Assembly (NCBI RefSeq): GCF_009914755.1
Contig: NC_060946.1
Direction: 5' to 3' (one strand)
From: the human T2T-CHM13v2.0 reference genome, Homo sapiens
DNA: 64,000 nt
The translations under genes were made by a program, and so were the position numbers. How positions within the stretch are numbered: the stretch's first letter is position 1; each line of letters opens with the position of its first letter. Of this stretch, positions 39,841-51,004 are shown piece by piece. The notes under the pieces are model-generated. The model was given only the letters and a program-made list of their open reading frames with translations, was not told the DNA's origin and did no database searches.

Positions 39841-41240
39841 GTGCCCACAGCTAAACACATAACCAATGTTCCAATAGAAAAACAGAAAAATTGAAAATCA
39901 CATTGGTCAGATGACCCAGTAAATGAAGGACTAGAGAATTGACATTTGCAGCAGAAAATAGGTCAGGAGGTGTGAAATGCAGGTCCCCAAAGCAGCTGTT
40001 GAAGCCCAGAAAACTAGCCAGGATGCCCTCATTTACCCAGAGACTGCTGCCATTCAGAAGACACAGTGGCCCAAGAACCAGAAGACCTGGGCAGCGTTGG
40101 GCCAGCCACTGGCTGATTGTGTCAGCTCGGGCAAGTCCCTTAGCCCTCTGAGCCGGGTGGGGTTGCTAGAAGGGTCAGAAATAAGACTGTGTAGGTGAGA
40201 GAGAGCAAGACAGACAGACAGACAAACTTTCTCAGTGGAAAAAATGAAAAATGCTGGGCAAATTGTGCCAGCTATGGGTATCAATTTTATAGCTTATCCC
40301 ACAGTGCCCAGACAGTGCCCCTGCCCAGCCAGTGCCCTAGACCAACAGCCCCCAGGCACCCAACTTGCTTGGCACTTCTCTTTGAAGAGCCTTCTTGGCC
40401 TCCCTGATTCGATCCCTGAAGATGTCTTGAGTCTGCATTTGCTGAGGAATTGGAGGAAAATCAACGTGAACAATGTAGTCAAAACAGTGTCGGCAGGCGT
40501 CGCGCTGGGCCAGGAGTGAACATTGCCGGGGACTCGATTGTGCCCCTTGTCTAGCAGTTTGTTCTCAAAAGTGAGCTCTAGCCTCACTGCGAACCCAGTA
40601 AGTCTTTCAGCTTGACTGGAAACTTCACATTTTTCCTCTTTAGAAAAATGTCACCGACATTCCTCTGTTTCGTTACTCTTGGTTGCGGCTGCTCTGGCCG
40701 TAGGGAAATTGCTCAGAGGGGAAGCTGCCTATACCAGCCACCACCGCCAGACCAGGCCCCAGCTGGCTGTGGTCCCAGGCTCCTGCTGGACGTGGCCTTC
40801 GCTTGCCTTGCCTGTGACCCCCCTCCCTGGGCTGGCACTGCCTCAGCTCACAGGCTGCAGTCCCCAGAAGCTGCCCAACTCCTGCCTCCCCATAGCAGGC
40901 CCGGCAGGTGTCCCCCCCACTTGCCTCCCCTCCCCCAAGGCCTCCTTGCCATTGGACCAGGTACCCTCAGCCAGGCCCTGACCGTATCTCACCAAGTCTG
41001 TCTCTCTCTGTTTCCCCCTTTTATGTCTCTGTCTCTTTCCCCTTCTTTCTGCACTTTTCTGTCTTTTTTATATCTCTGTCTGTTTTTTCATTCATCTCTC
41101 CATTTAGGTTATCAGCAAACATTTATTGAGCACCTATTTGACAGGCTGTGTTCCAGAATCCAGGGATATAGCAGTGAGTAAGACAAGGTCCCAGAACTAA
41201 TGAGGCAGACAGTAAATAAAGAAGCAAATAGACGCATGCA

Positions 41241-41704
41241 GATTGTATTTTATAAAGCTGGCCACAACAATATCTTCTGCCTCTTACGTTCAAGAGGTGG
41301 ACCCCTTATCCCCATTCTTTTGAAACTGGGCAAGCCTTTATGACTGCCTGACAAACTGAGTATTTTACTTCCAAGGCTGGATCATAACAATGTCATTTAC
41401 TTCCACCTTATGCTTTCAGCCTCCATGCTCTGAGGAACCCCAAGCAGCTCATGGAGAGGCCCACATGGAGGGGAAGAGGAGCTCCCAGCCAGCATTCAAC
41501 TTGTCAGTAACGGAAGTGAACCATCTTGAAAGGGGATCTTCCAGTCTCCAATCAAGCCCCCAGCCCACACTGCTTGGAACAGAGAAGCCGTCCATGCTGA
41601 GCCCTATTCAAATTATAGATTAATGAGCCAAATAAATGATTGTTGCTGTTTTAAGCCACTAAGTTATGGGGTAGTTTGCTACACAGCAACGGATAACTGG
41701 AACA
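41241..41704 (+). mobile_element. MLT1G/H-like MaLR LTR
   Basis: tggccacaaca...atggagaggcccacatggagggg...aataaatgattgttgctgttttaagccactaag...ggggtagtttgctacacagcaacggataactggaaca. Confidence 0.75.
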
Positions 41705-41763
41705 GCATATGAAATAGGCATAGTAATGAGTGCTAAAAAGTGCTAGAGTGCTAGAAAAATCAA

Positions 41764-42091
<328 letters not shown>

Positions 42092-42841
42092 AGAAAAATC
42101 AAGCCAGGTGAGGAGGTAAGGGCAGTAAAGCAGGGAGGTAGCCACCTACTCCTGCCTTAGGCTTGAGATTATTGGATTAATCACCAACCCCCTGGACATG
42201 CTGGGAAGAAGAGGTCTTAGAGACAGTCCCTCTCCCAGGGTGGGAATTCCAACCACAAGGCCCCCCAGCTGCTGTTTGCACACTTCCAGTGATGGAGAGA
42301 TCATTCCCTGCCCAGGCAGCCCTACTGAACAGCTCTGGCTATGAGAACAGGCTCCCTGCACGCCCTCTGGGGCCATGTGGACACATGACCGGAACACGTG
42401 TCTCCTAACCACCTCTAGCCTCTCCTGCATCCATGGTGGTCCTTACAGAAGGGGCCAGTTGGACTGCTGGGACACTATGAACATATTCAGGAGAAGGATG
42501 GAGTCACAGCCAGGGAAAACATCTGTCATCATCTAAGGATGGGGATTCATGAGGACACGGTGGCAGAGTGTCTGCAGAATAGGACACTTAGAATTGGTGA
42601 GCCTAAACCACCAAACCTCTGAAATTGTATTCCCATAAGCTTTGCTGAGGAAATAGTCCACCAAGAAGGCCCTGACCTTCACCCCAACCCACTCCAAAAT
42701 GTTAACGACCCCTGGAATAAAGCATAGGTTTTGAAGTCACAAAGACCTGAGTTTCAGTCTTGCTGTGTGATCCTAGGCAAGTCGCTGCCCCTGTCTGAGC
42801 CCCAAAGTCAAAGCAACACAGAAGTGTTGGTCGCCTCTAAC

Positions 42842-43100
42842 TGCTTGTCCAAACTTCCCTGGTTCAGATGCCCTCAACATGATTTCTGTCCTAGTCACAC
42901 TTCCTCTCTGTGATCATCTACTTAGTATTTTTCCCTAAATTGACCTCCTTCTTGTACTTAAAAAAAACTTATCTATTGAGTAAATAAATAAGGACATTTA
43001 TTTTAAAAACTTTTTATCATTACCTTCAATGGGAAACTAGCTCTGCATGTCATAGATATAAAAGAACCATTAAAATGAAGACAAAACAACATCGCCAGCT
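42842..43100 (+). mobile_element. MER113-like hAT-Charlie fragment
   Basis: tacttagtatttttccctaaattgac...atttattttaaaaactttttatcattacc..aatgggaaactag...aatgaagacaaaacaac resembles recalled MER113. Confidence 0.55.
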
Positions 43101-43233
43101 TAGAGATATCCTCTGCTGCCCTCCCCACTCCACCACCAGGTTTTACAAAGGCAGATTAGCAAGCTTTGGAGAGAAGTGTTAAGATACATTAGCACCCAAC
43201 GGAGACTTTCTCCCATGTTATAAGAAGGTTGAT

Positions 43234-43540
<307 letters not shown>

Positions 43541-44062
43541 TTAATGTCCTCTGTGTCAACAGCAGGTGATCCAGCCCTTGGAAAGACCTGAGGTCCTGAC
43601 CTACAAGTGGCCGAGGCAGGGAGGGGGTGATCTAAGGGGTCCCTGTGCTCACACACCCAACAATGGCTTTTGACCCAAACCCCCCACTGGATAGTCAGCA
43701 AGAGGCCACAAAAACACAGATACCAAGAATGAGAGGCCCTTGAGCTGGCTTCTGGGAGGACAGGTTGGGAATGTCTCGCCTTGTGGGCCACCGTGGCCTC
43801 ACAGACAGGAGACGTCAACCAGCATGGCAGCAGCTAGGCCCCAGAAGAACATTGAGGGAGAGGGGGCTTGGGGACAGGTGCAAACCCTGGGGCACAGCAG
43901 GGGTACCCCCATTTTCCTGGGGGGAACTTGGAAGCAATATGCACACACTACGGGCCTGGACTCTTTTCAGCTTCTTTGCTAACAGGTTGTGTGTCCCTGA
44001 GTGAGTGGCCTTACCACACTGAATCTCAGGTTCCTCACTGTGCCTCAGTTTCCCCTCTATAG

Positions 44063-44291
44063 AGAGCCTATTTCTCCATCATGCACGGTAAGCACCGTCC
44101 CTAGGGCCCAACGATACTTTTAGGAGCTTTAAAAATGTTTTAATTTATTTAAGAATCAGAAGAAAAAAGACTTTTTGATGAAAATGTTTTCATATACAAA
44201 ATTAATGTTTTCATTTTTATACCCACAGTCATGAAATATAATTTTTAATATTTTTAATGTAGAAAGGGGCCCAGGAAAGCCATCATGTGGC
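44063..44291. mobile_element. hAT-Tip100-type MITE (ORSL-like) inserted in a MIR
   Basis: cctagggcccaacgatacttttagg...aaaatgttttaattt...atataatttttaatattttt...ggggccc; 8-bp TSD ctctatag/ctctataa. Confidence 0.65.
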
Positions 44292-44329
44292 CTCTATAAA
44301 GTGGTGAAGATAAAAAATATTTGCATGGA

Positions 44330-44623
44330 GGCTGGGAACAATGGCTCACAGCTATAATCCCAGCACTTTGGGAGGCCGAGGTGAGCAGATCGCTTGAGGT
44401 CAGGAGTTTGAGACCAGCCTGGCCAACATGGTGAAACCCCGTCTCTACTAAAAATACAAAAATTAGCTGGGCATGGTGGCGGGTGCCTATGGTCCCACCT
44501 ACTCGGGAGGGTGAGGCTGGAGAATCACTTCAATCCAGGAGGCAGAGGTTGCAGTGAGCCGAAATCATGCCACTGCACTCCAGCCTGGGCAACAGAGCAA
44601 CAGATCAAGACTCCATTTCAAAA
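44330..44623 (+). mobile_element. AluSx/Sz
   Basis: Full dimer with short tail running into a (TG)n/VNTR block. Confidence 0.93.
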
Positions 44624-44624
44624 T

Positions 44625-44805
44625 ATGTGTGTGTGTGTGTGTGTGTCTGTGTGTGTGTGTGTGTGTGGAAAGCTCAGCCTGCACCCAGCATCAGGTGTGT
44701 GTGTGTGTGCGTGGAAAGCTCACCCTGCACCCAGCATCGGGGTGTATGTATGTGTGTGTGCACGCACGCAGGGAAAGCTCAGCCTGCACCCAGCATGAGG
44801 TGTGT

Positions 44806-44846
<41 letters not shown>

Positions 44847-44927
44847 TGTGTGGAAAGCTCAGCCTGCACCCAGCATCAGGGGTGTGTGTGCACGCACATG
44901 GAAAGCTCGGCCTGCACCCAGCATGAG
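44625..44927. repeat. Compound VNTR: five ~29-bp cores separated by variable (TG)n spacers
   Basis: Core ggaaagctcagcctgcacccagcat at ~44667, 44713, 44772, 44852 and 44900. Confidence 0.92.
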
Positions 44928-46457
44928 TTCAACAAATGCTCTTAGCATTTTGTTGGTGTTGACCTCAGAGGAAGGAGCACTAGTTTAGGAGTCAGGAAAG
45001 ATAGTGTTCTGGGCTCTGTCCCGTTCTGTGTAACTTCTGGAAGCTGTCTCCTTGCCGCCCTCAGTTTCACCAGTGGTACAGTGACAGCCTTGGAGTTGGG
45101 GGTCTCCTTCTGGCTCGGATCTCTGCCTTTCCACCTGGGGAAGCAATGAAACCTTGCACCCCACCCCGGGGCAAGTGAGCTGGCAATGCGCTGGCCCACT
45201 CTGAAAAATCATCTCATCTAAGTATTACAGGTTCAGACAATAACTGTGGCTTCTCTAGTGCTTTTTTGTTGTTGTTTTGTTTATTTTTATAATTCCCGGA
45301 TGTTTGATTAGGCCGAGGCCCACTCATAATGTTTTCCCTGGACTGTCTCTGATCCCCCTGCTCCCAGCACCAGGTTTCCCTATAGGAACTGGTAAAGCAT
45401 CTTCGAGGGGGTTCCTGGACACAGCCTGGGGTAGGGGAGGCACCTAATGGAGCCAGAGTTTGCAGGGTGTAATTACAACTAACACTTCCCGAGCGCCTAC
45501 TCTGTGCCAGATGCTGTTCCATCTGGAACACTTGAGAGGTAGGTCTGGGACCTTCTTCAGCTCACCGTGTGGCAGGTAAGGCAGATATAGAGTGAGTGCA
45601 TGGGGTTGTAGGGAGGGGAGTGGGAGGGGAGCAAGAAAACGCCCCAAGGAGGCAAGTTCAGATGGGTCAGCAAAAGTTTCTCCTAAAAATAAAGTGATGT
45701 CTAAGCTGAGCCCACACAGATGAGAGATGGCTAGGAGGAGAGAGGAGGGAAGGGCCTATTAGGTAGAGGGGATAGAGTATGCAAAGATTGAGGTGACTTT
45801 CAACCCAATGAAGGAGGTCATCCCCATTTTACAGGTGAGGAAACTGAGGCTCAGGGAGGTCTCAGAGCTGGTGAGCAGCGGCGGTGTAACTTACACCCAA
45901 GCCTGCCTGGTTCCAAAGTGTGTTCGTAATTATTAGGCGATACTATTCCTCCCTAGCCCCCAGCTCCTGCACCCTGCATTCCCCATCCTTCCTGGCTTCC
46001 CTGCAGGAAGATCTCAGAATCCAGCAGGGAGCTCTGGGAGTGGTTTTAGGGTCTCCATAGAGGCTGTCACCTCCATGGAAAAGTAACTGCCAGTACCTCA
46101 AATTCCACCATCTGAGCTATGATGGCCCGTCACCTGCACATGCGCCTCCCCCAGCGGGAATAGAGGCCTGGGTGCCTGGGGTGGGCAGTGCGCCTGTCAC
46201 ATGGAACCCAGGTGTGGAAACTGAGGCTCAGATAGCTGAAGCGCTTTGCCCCAGGCCAGTGGCCAGGGAAAGGGGCGTGGAGTTCCCAAAGGCTAAGTTC
46301 CTAAGCCCCAGCCCTGTCTGTGGGCGCGACACCCCCTCCTCGGCCCCTCAACCCGGCCCCCAGCCCGCTCCCGTCCCTTCCCCCAGGACAATGGGGCCTT
46401 TCACAACCAGACAAAGGGAAAAGTTTAAAAGGCGAGAATTATATTTCCACCGGCGAA

Positions 46458-46497
46458 GGGGGAGGGGCAGGGAGTGGGGGTGGGGGCGGGGGCGGGG
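46458..46497 (+). other. G-quadruplex-forming motif (7 G-tracts) with GC boxes
   Basis: gggggaggggcagggagtgggggtgggggcgggggcgggg. Confidence 0.75.
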
Positions 46498-47060
46498 CTA
46501 CTGCGGCTGCAGAAACCAGAAACCGGCTGGTGTGTATTTATTCACGTCTGACACAACACAATTTGATTTTCCACATAAAAGATCAAATAATATTTCAGTT
46601 ACAGTTAATTACACACCCCAAAAGCACATCAAAGGATGGTCCGCGTCCACCCAGCCCATGCTTTGCAGTTCTACATGCGCCTAGATTTCATGCCCGGCTT
46701 CTCCGTGTCTGCTGCCCAGCGGCTCCTGAATTCACTCCCACAGGGGCCTTTGAGGCTGGGACCCAGGGCCCAGGGTGCCTCCTGGGCCCTCAGACCCCTC
46801 CTGGGTCTTCCAGGACACTCCCCGTCCCCACTTGATGCCTTGTCTCCCCACCAAAACAGTAGTCCTGGAGTCTCATTCCAGCCCATGTCTTCTCCTGAAG
46901 GGAACCTTTCTCCAGCAGGCAGAAAAGGAAGGATGGTGGGCACCATTGTCGCATTTGTTATATGGGGAAACTAAGGCCTGGAGTGATGCAGTGACTTGCC
47001 CAAGCTCATACAGCCTGAAAGCCATCGAGGAGCCCTCCCTTCCTTGTTCAAAAAAGGTTC

Positions 47061-47453
47061 TGGTGTATATGTGCCACATTTTCTTAATCCAGTCTATCAT
47101 TGTTGGACATTTGGAATACTATGCAGCCATAAAAAATGATGAGTTCATGTCCTTTGTAGGGACATGGATGAAATTGGAAATCATCATTCTCAGTAAACTA
47201 TCGCAAGAACAAAAAACCAAACACCGCATATTCTCACTCATAGGTGGGAATTGAACAATGAGAACAAATGGACACAGGAAGGGGAACATCACACTCTGGG
47301 GACTGTTGTGGGGTGGGGGGAGGGGGGAGGGATAACACTGGGAGATATACCTAATGCTAGATGACGAGTTAGTGGGTGCAGCGCACCAGCATGGCACGTG
47401 TATACATATGTAACTAACCTGCACATTGTGCACATGTACCCTAAAACTTAAAG

Positions 47454-47492
<39 letters not shown>
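47061..47492 (+). mobile_element. L1PA2 3' end (~430 bp) with 5' inversion and (AAT)n tail
   Basis: ORF2 C-terminus EYYAAIKNDEFMSFVGTWMKLE...GGN; 3' UTR gatgacGAGttagtggg and acttaAagtata (not L1HS-Ta ACA/G); 47061-47114 inverted; TSD aaaaaggttctgg at 47051-47063 and 47493-47505. Confidence 0.95.
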
Positions 47493-47497
<5 letters not shown>

Positions 47498-47631
47498 GGT
47501 TCTGGGACATTTTTATGTCGTTTAAAGGGAAGCCCACAAATCACATAAGAGAGATTATTTCTGCGTTGTTTGTTGAATGAATAAATGATTGGATAAAAGA
47601 GTGAAGGACTGAGAAAATAAATGTGAAGCAG

Positions 47632-47760
47632 AAAGGGAGGGGAGGAAAGAAGGGAGGGAGGGAGGAAGGGAGGGAGGGAGGGAGGAAGGGAGGGAGGGAG
47701 GAAGGAAGGAAGGAAGGAAGGAAGGAAGGAAGGAAGGAAGGAAGGAAGGAAGGAAGGAAA
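47632..47760 (+). repeat. (GGGA)n-(GGAA)15 microsatellite
   Basis: 15 perfect GGAA units at 47700-47759. Confidence 0.95.
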
Positions 47761-47930
47761 GAATTTGGTTCTGCCTCAAGCATGTCAGCAGAGGCATACT
47801 TTTCTCATGGGAGCTCTGCTGCCTGGCAAGCCACAGTGTAAACAACTTTGGGGGTACAGGGGCAAGTCCTAAGCAGGGGTGACACCTCTGAAGCATGACC
47901 TTGGAGGGAATCACTGGACTTCTCAGAGCC

Positions 47931-48090
47931 TTAACCCATCCTGCACTGCGTCTCACCCGAGATTAACCCGTCCCGCACTGCGTCTCGCGCGAGATTAACC
48001 CGTCCCGCACTGCGTCTCACGCGAGATTAACCCGTCCCGCACTGCGTCTCACGCGAGATTAACCCGTCCCGCACTGTGTCTCACCTGAGA
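47931..48090. repeat. CpG-rich minisatellite, 5 x 32 bp
   Basis: Unit ttaacccgtcccgcactgcgtctcacgcgaga starting at 47931, 47963, 47995, 48027 and 48059. Confidence 0.97.
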
Positions 48091-51004
48091 ACACTCAGGT
48101 GTGCACATGGTTAAGAAAATTCCAAAAAGACTTTTGAATTCTGGAGTTGGAGATTCACAGCATCTTAAAATCAAAATATTTGTGAAATAAACTTGCAGAA
48201 CCTGAAGGTAATGGGATCTTAAAAATCATCAAATCAGAAAATTCAAGAGCAAGAATCCCCATGGTGTCTTCTCCATTAAGTGAGTGGTGAGGCCCAGAGA
48301 GGGTGTGTGTGACCCTGAGATCACCCAGCAGGCAGGGCTGGGTTTCCCAGGGGCAGGCTGGGTTGGAGTCCAGTGTGTCCCCCAATCCCAGGCCCTGGCA
48401 GAGCTGCTGGTGTCCCGCTCTTCTTCGAACTGGCAGTTTGCATGGTGCAAGAGGGGGAAACCATTGGGATGGGTTAGACTCCAAGTTTGTCAGAGGCCGA
48501 GAGGGCTCAGCTGACCTTTGGGGTGCAAGGAGGATCATGAATGCACACCTTGTTGTGTCACCATGCCAGAAATCCCACATCAGAGCTGCCTGCCTTCAGA
48601 AAGAGCCTTTGCAGTGACCTGGGAAGAGTCTGTCACCTGCTGCTCCCCAGTGGCAAGAGTTCTCTGAGAGCCCTGGAGAAATGGGGTGCAGTGACAAGGG
48701 CTGGGAGCCCCAAGAAAAGGGGACTTGGATCTGCCTCCTCAGATGCTAGCTTCGCCAGAGGGTAGACCCCCAAAGGCAGCTTCTCTTTCTCCCCACCCCA
48801 GATCCTGAGAGAACCCTGAGTGCGGAGCTGGAAGTGGGTTTAAGTCAGGGGTCACCATGCACCAGCTGAAACAGGCAGGGTCAGCTGCCATTCCCCTCTG
48901 AGCCTCCATTTCCTTTCTGTGGGCTCACGACTGTGGGAGGCTCTAAGGAAGTGGCCTCATTGGTGAAGGTTCCCTGCTGTGGGCACTGGAGGGAGTTGGG
49001 GACTGCAGAAAGGCTGGCAGGGGCCAGGCTAGGAGCAGGGGTCATGGGGAGGACAGTAGCTATTCTAGGTCCCTCTCCCTCCCCCAACCCCCCGGCACCC
49101 GTGCACCCCAAGGCCTAAGCAGCAAACGACCATCCTGTTTGCCAGGCAAAGATGTTTCCTGTGCAGGCTGCAGCCAGGCTGAACCTGCCCAGTGCCCACC
49201 GCAAGCCCTCCCCAGAAGCCCCCACTCCTCAGCCGCCTTGGGACAAAGCTCAGCACACCCCACCTGGCTCCCACTGCACCCCACAACCACCCCATCCCCC
49301 AGCCTCAGTTCCCTATTTCACAGCCAGAGTCAAAATACTCTGACCTCGAAAGACTGAGTTGATCAGTAAATTAGATCAACTGTGTAAGGCCTGCCACATG
49401 GTAGGCTCTCGATAGACTTTTGTGGGAGGAGCGGAGGATACTTCTCACCGTTTCTGCCACACGGAGGGGAGATTCGTAGCCATGAAAGATGATGGCTGCT
49501 GCCATTGTCATGTTTAGGCTCTCATTATCAGCACCCAGCACGTTGAGACACCCAGTGGGTGCTTTGGGGGTGTTTGCGACCTTGTCCCTGGGGATCTTTT
49601 TCTTTCCTTGAGGACAGGGCTGTGCATTCTCTACCTCTGTGCCTTGTATGTAGTCTATGCTTCAAAATGGTTATTGAAGGCATAGGTGAGTGGGTGGATG
49701 GATAAACGGATGGAGGGACAGGGGAGTGGATGGATGGATAGCTGGAAAGAACAATGGGTTGATGAGTAGACAGAATTTGAAAGGAGAGAAACCAAGAGTG
49801 AAAAAGTACTCTGTTGCCATAAGACTTGGGGGTCCTAGATTCAAGTTTACCACCTCAACTTAATCCGCTGTGCACCAGAGAGGTTCACCCTCTCTAACCG
49901 TTTCCTCATTTGTCAAGTGAGCATGGTAACAGCTCTGCCAGCTCCCTGGGAGATCTGGAAGATTCCTCCCAGCCTGGTGGGAATTACTTCCTAGGCTGTA
50001 AAGCTCTGCCCTGGGCAGGTGGTAGCCAGTCCCAAGTCTCTTGGGGAGGCAAGCAGGGCAGATGAGCCCTGGGGCAGAGGGGGTGCAGCCTGGCAGGTGA
50101 CGGAGGCGCTGACGGCTGCCACCCTAGCGGGTTCTAATCTTGTATGGCCTCCCCAGTGGGCAGCAGCTCTTGCTCTAGTAAAATTTTACAGTCTCTGAGA
50201 ACAGGCAGAGAACTGCCAGCCACAACTTGCTGAAGATTTATGGCCGGCCTCCCCACCCTGGTCCGGGCTTCTCTGCCCAACTCACGCCAAAGCTGAGTGA
50301 GGTCACTGGGCTTGGCCAGAGAGACCTGAGCCCCTCTCGGGGGCAGGGGGAAAAGAGTCGAATCAGGAGGGATAGATGCCGACTTCGTGGTTAAAGTCAG
50401 AGTGGAGGCTGGCTGAAAGACTTGGACCTGAGGAGCATTTGCTTGGCGAGGCTGTGACAGAGACCGAATCACACCCTGCATTAGGTTTCAGAAGTGCCCA
50501 TTACCTGGGGTCTTCTTGGGGAAAGCCAGGGAATGTGGCCAAAGCAGCCACATTGTCTCTTTCAGTCCCTGAGCACACTCGTCCCCTCCCACCACAGGGC
50601 CTTTGCACATCCTGTTTCCTCTGTCAGATGCACCTTCTCCCCCAGTTGATTCGCATAGCTAACCGGGAGGCACGTGGAGATCTCACACTTGTAGACACGT
50701 GGGCACATGTTGCATAAATAAATGTGTGTGTTCATGGCACATGTACCTGGCACACACATGGGCATGGGAAGAGGCCTGGCACGATCTCACCTACAAGAAA
50801 ACCAGAGGACTGTCATGGAGGGGTGGGGGGAAGGCGGTGTGCATGTGTTGAGGGCTGTGTGTGGCCACACGTGGGCTGGGGTGGGGGTGGAGTTCTCACT
50901 GCTGAGACCAGGAGAGAGGAAAAAAGAGAGAAGAGACGGAGAACCCGGAGATGGAGATAAGGAAGCTGGAGAAAGCCGGAGGGGCTGAGAGAGACCCTTG
51001 GAGA

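Noticed and set aside
40597-40645. GTAAGT...pyrimidine tract-AG mini-intron
   Set aside because: About 46 nt, below the normal human minimum intron size.
44625-44927. CRISPR-like repeat-spacer array
   Set aside because: Spacers are (TG)n microsatellites of uneven length, there are no cas genes, and the context is primate DNA; it is a VNTR.
46775-47254. 159-aa ORF ending in the L1 ORF2 C-terminus
   Set aside because: Chance read-through from flank into a truncated, partly inverted L1; no ATG start and no RT or EN domain.
47931-48090. CRISPR array from palindrome-containing 32-bp repeats
   Set aside because: Units are head-to-tail with no spacers.
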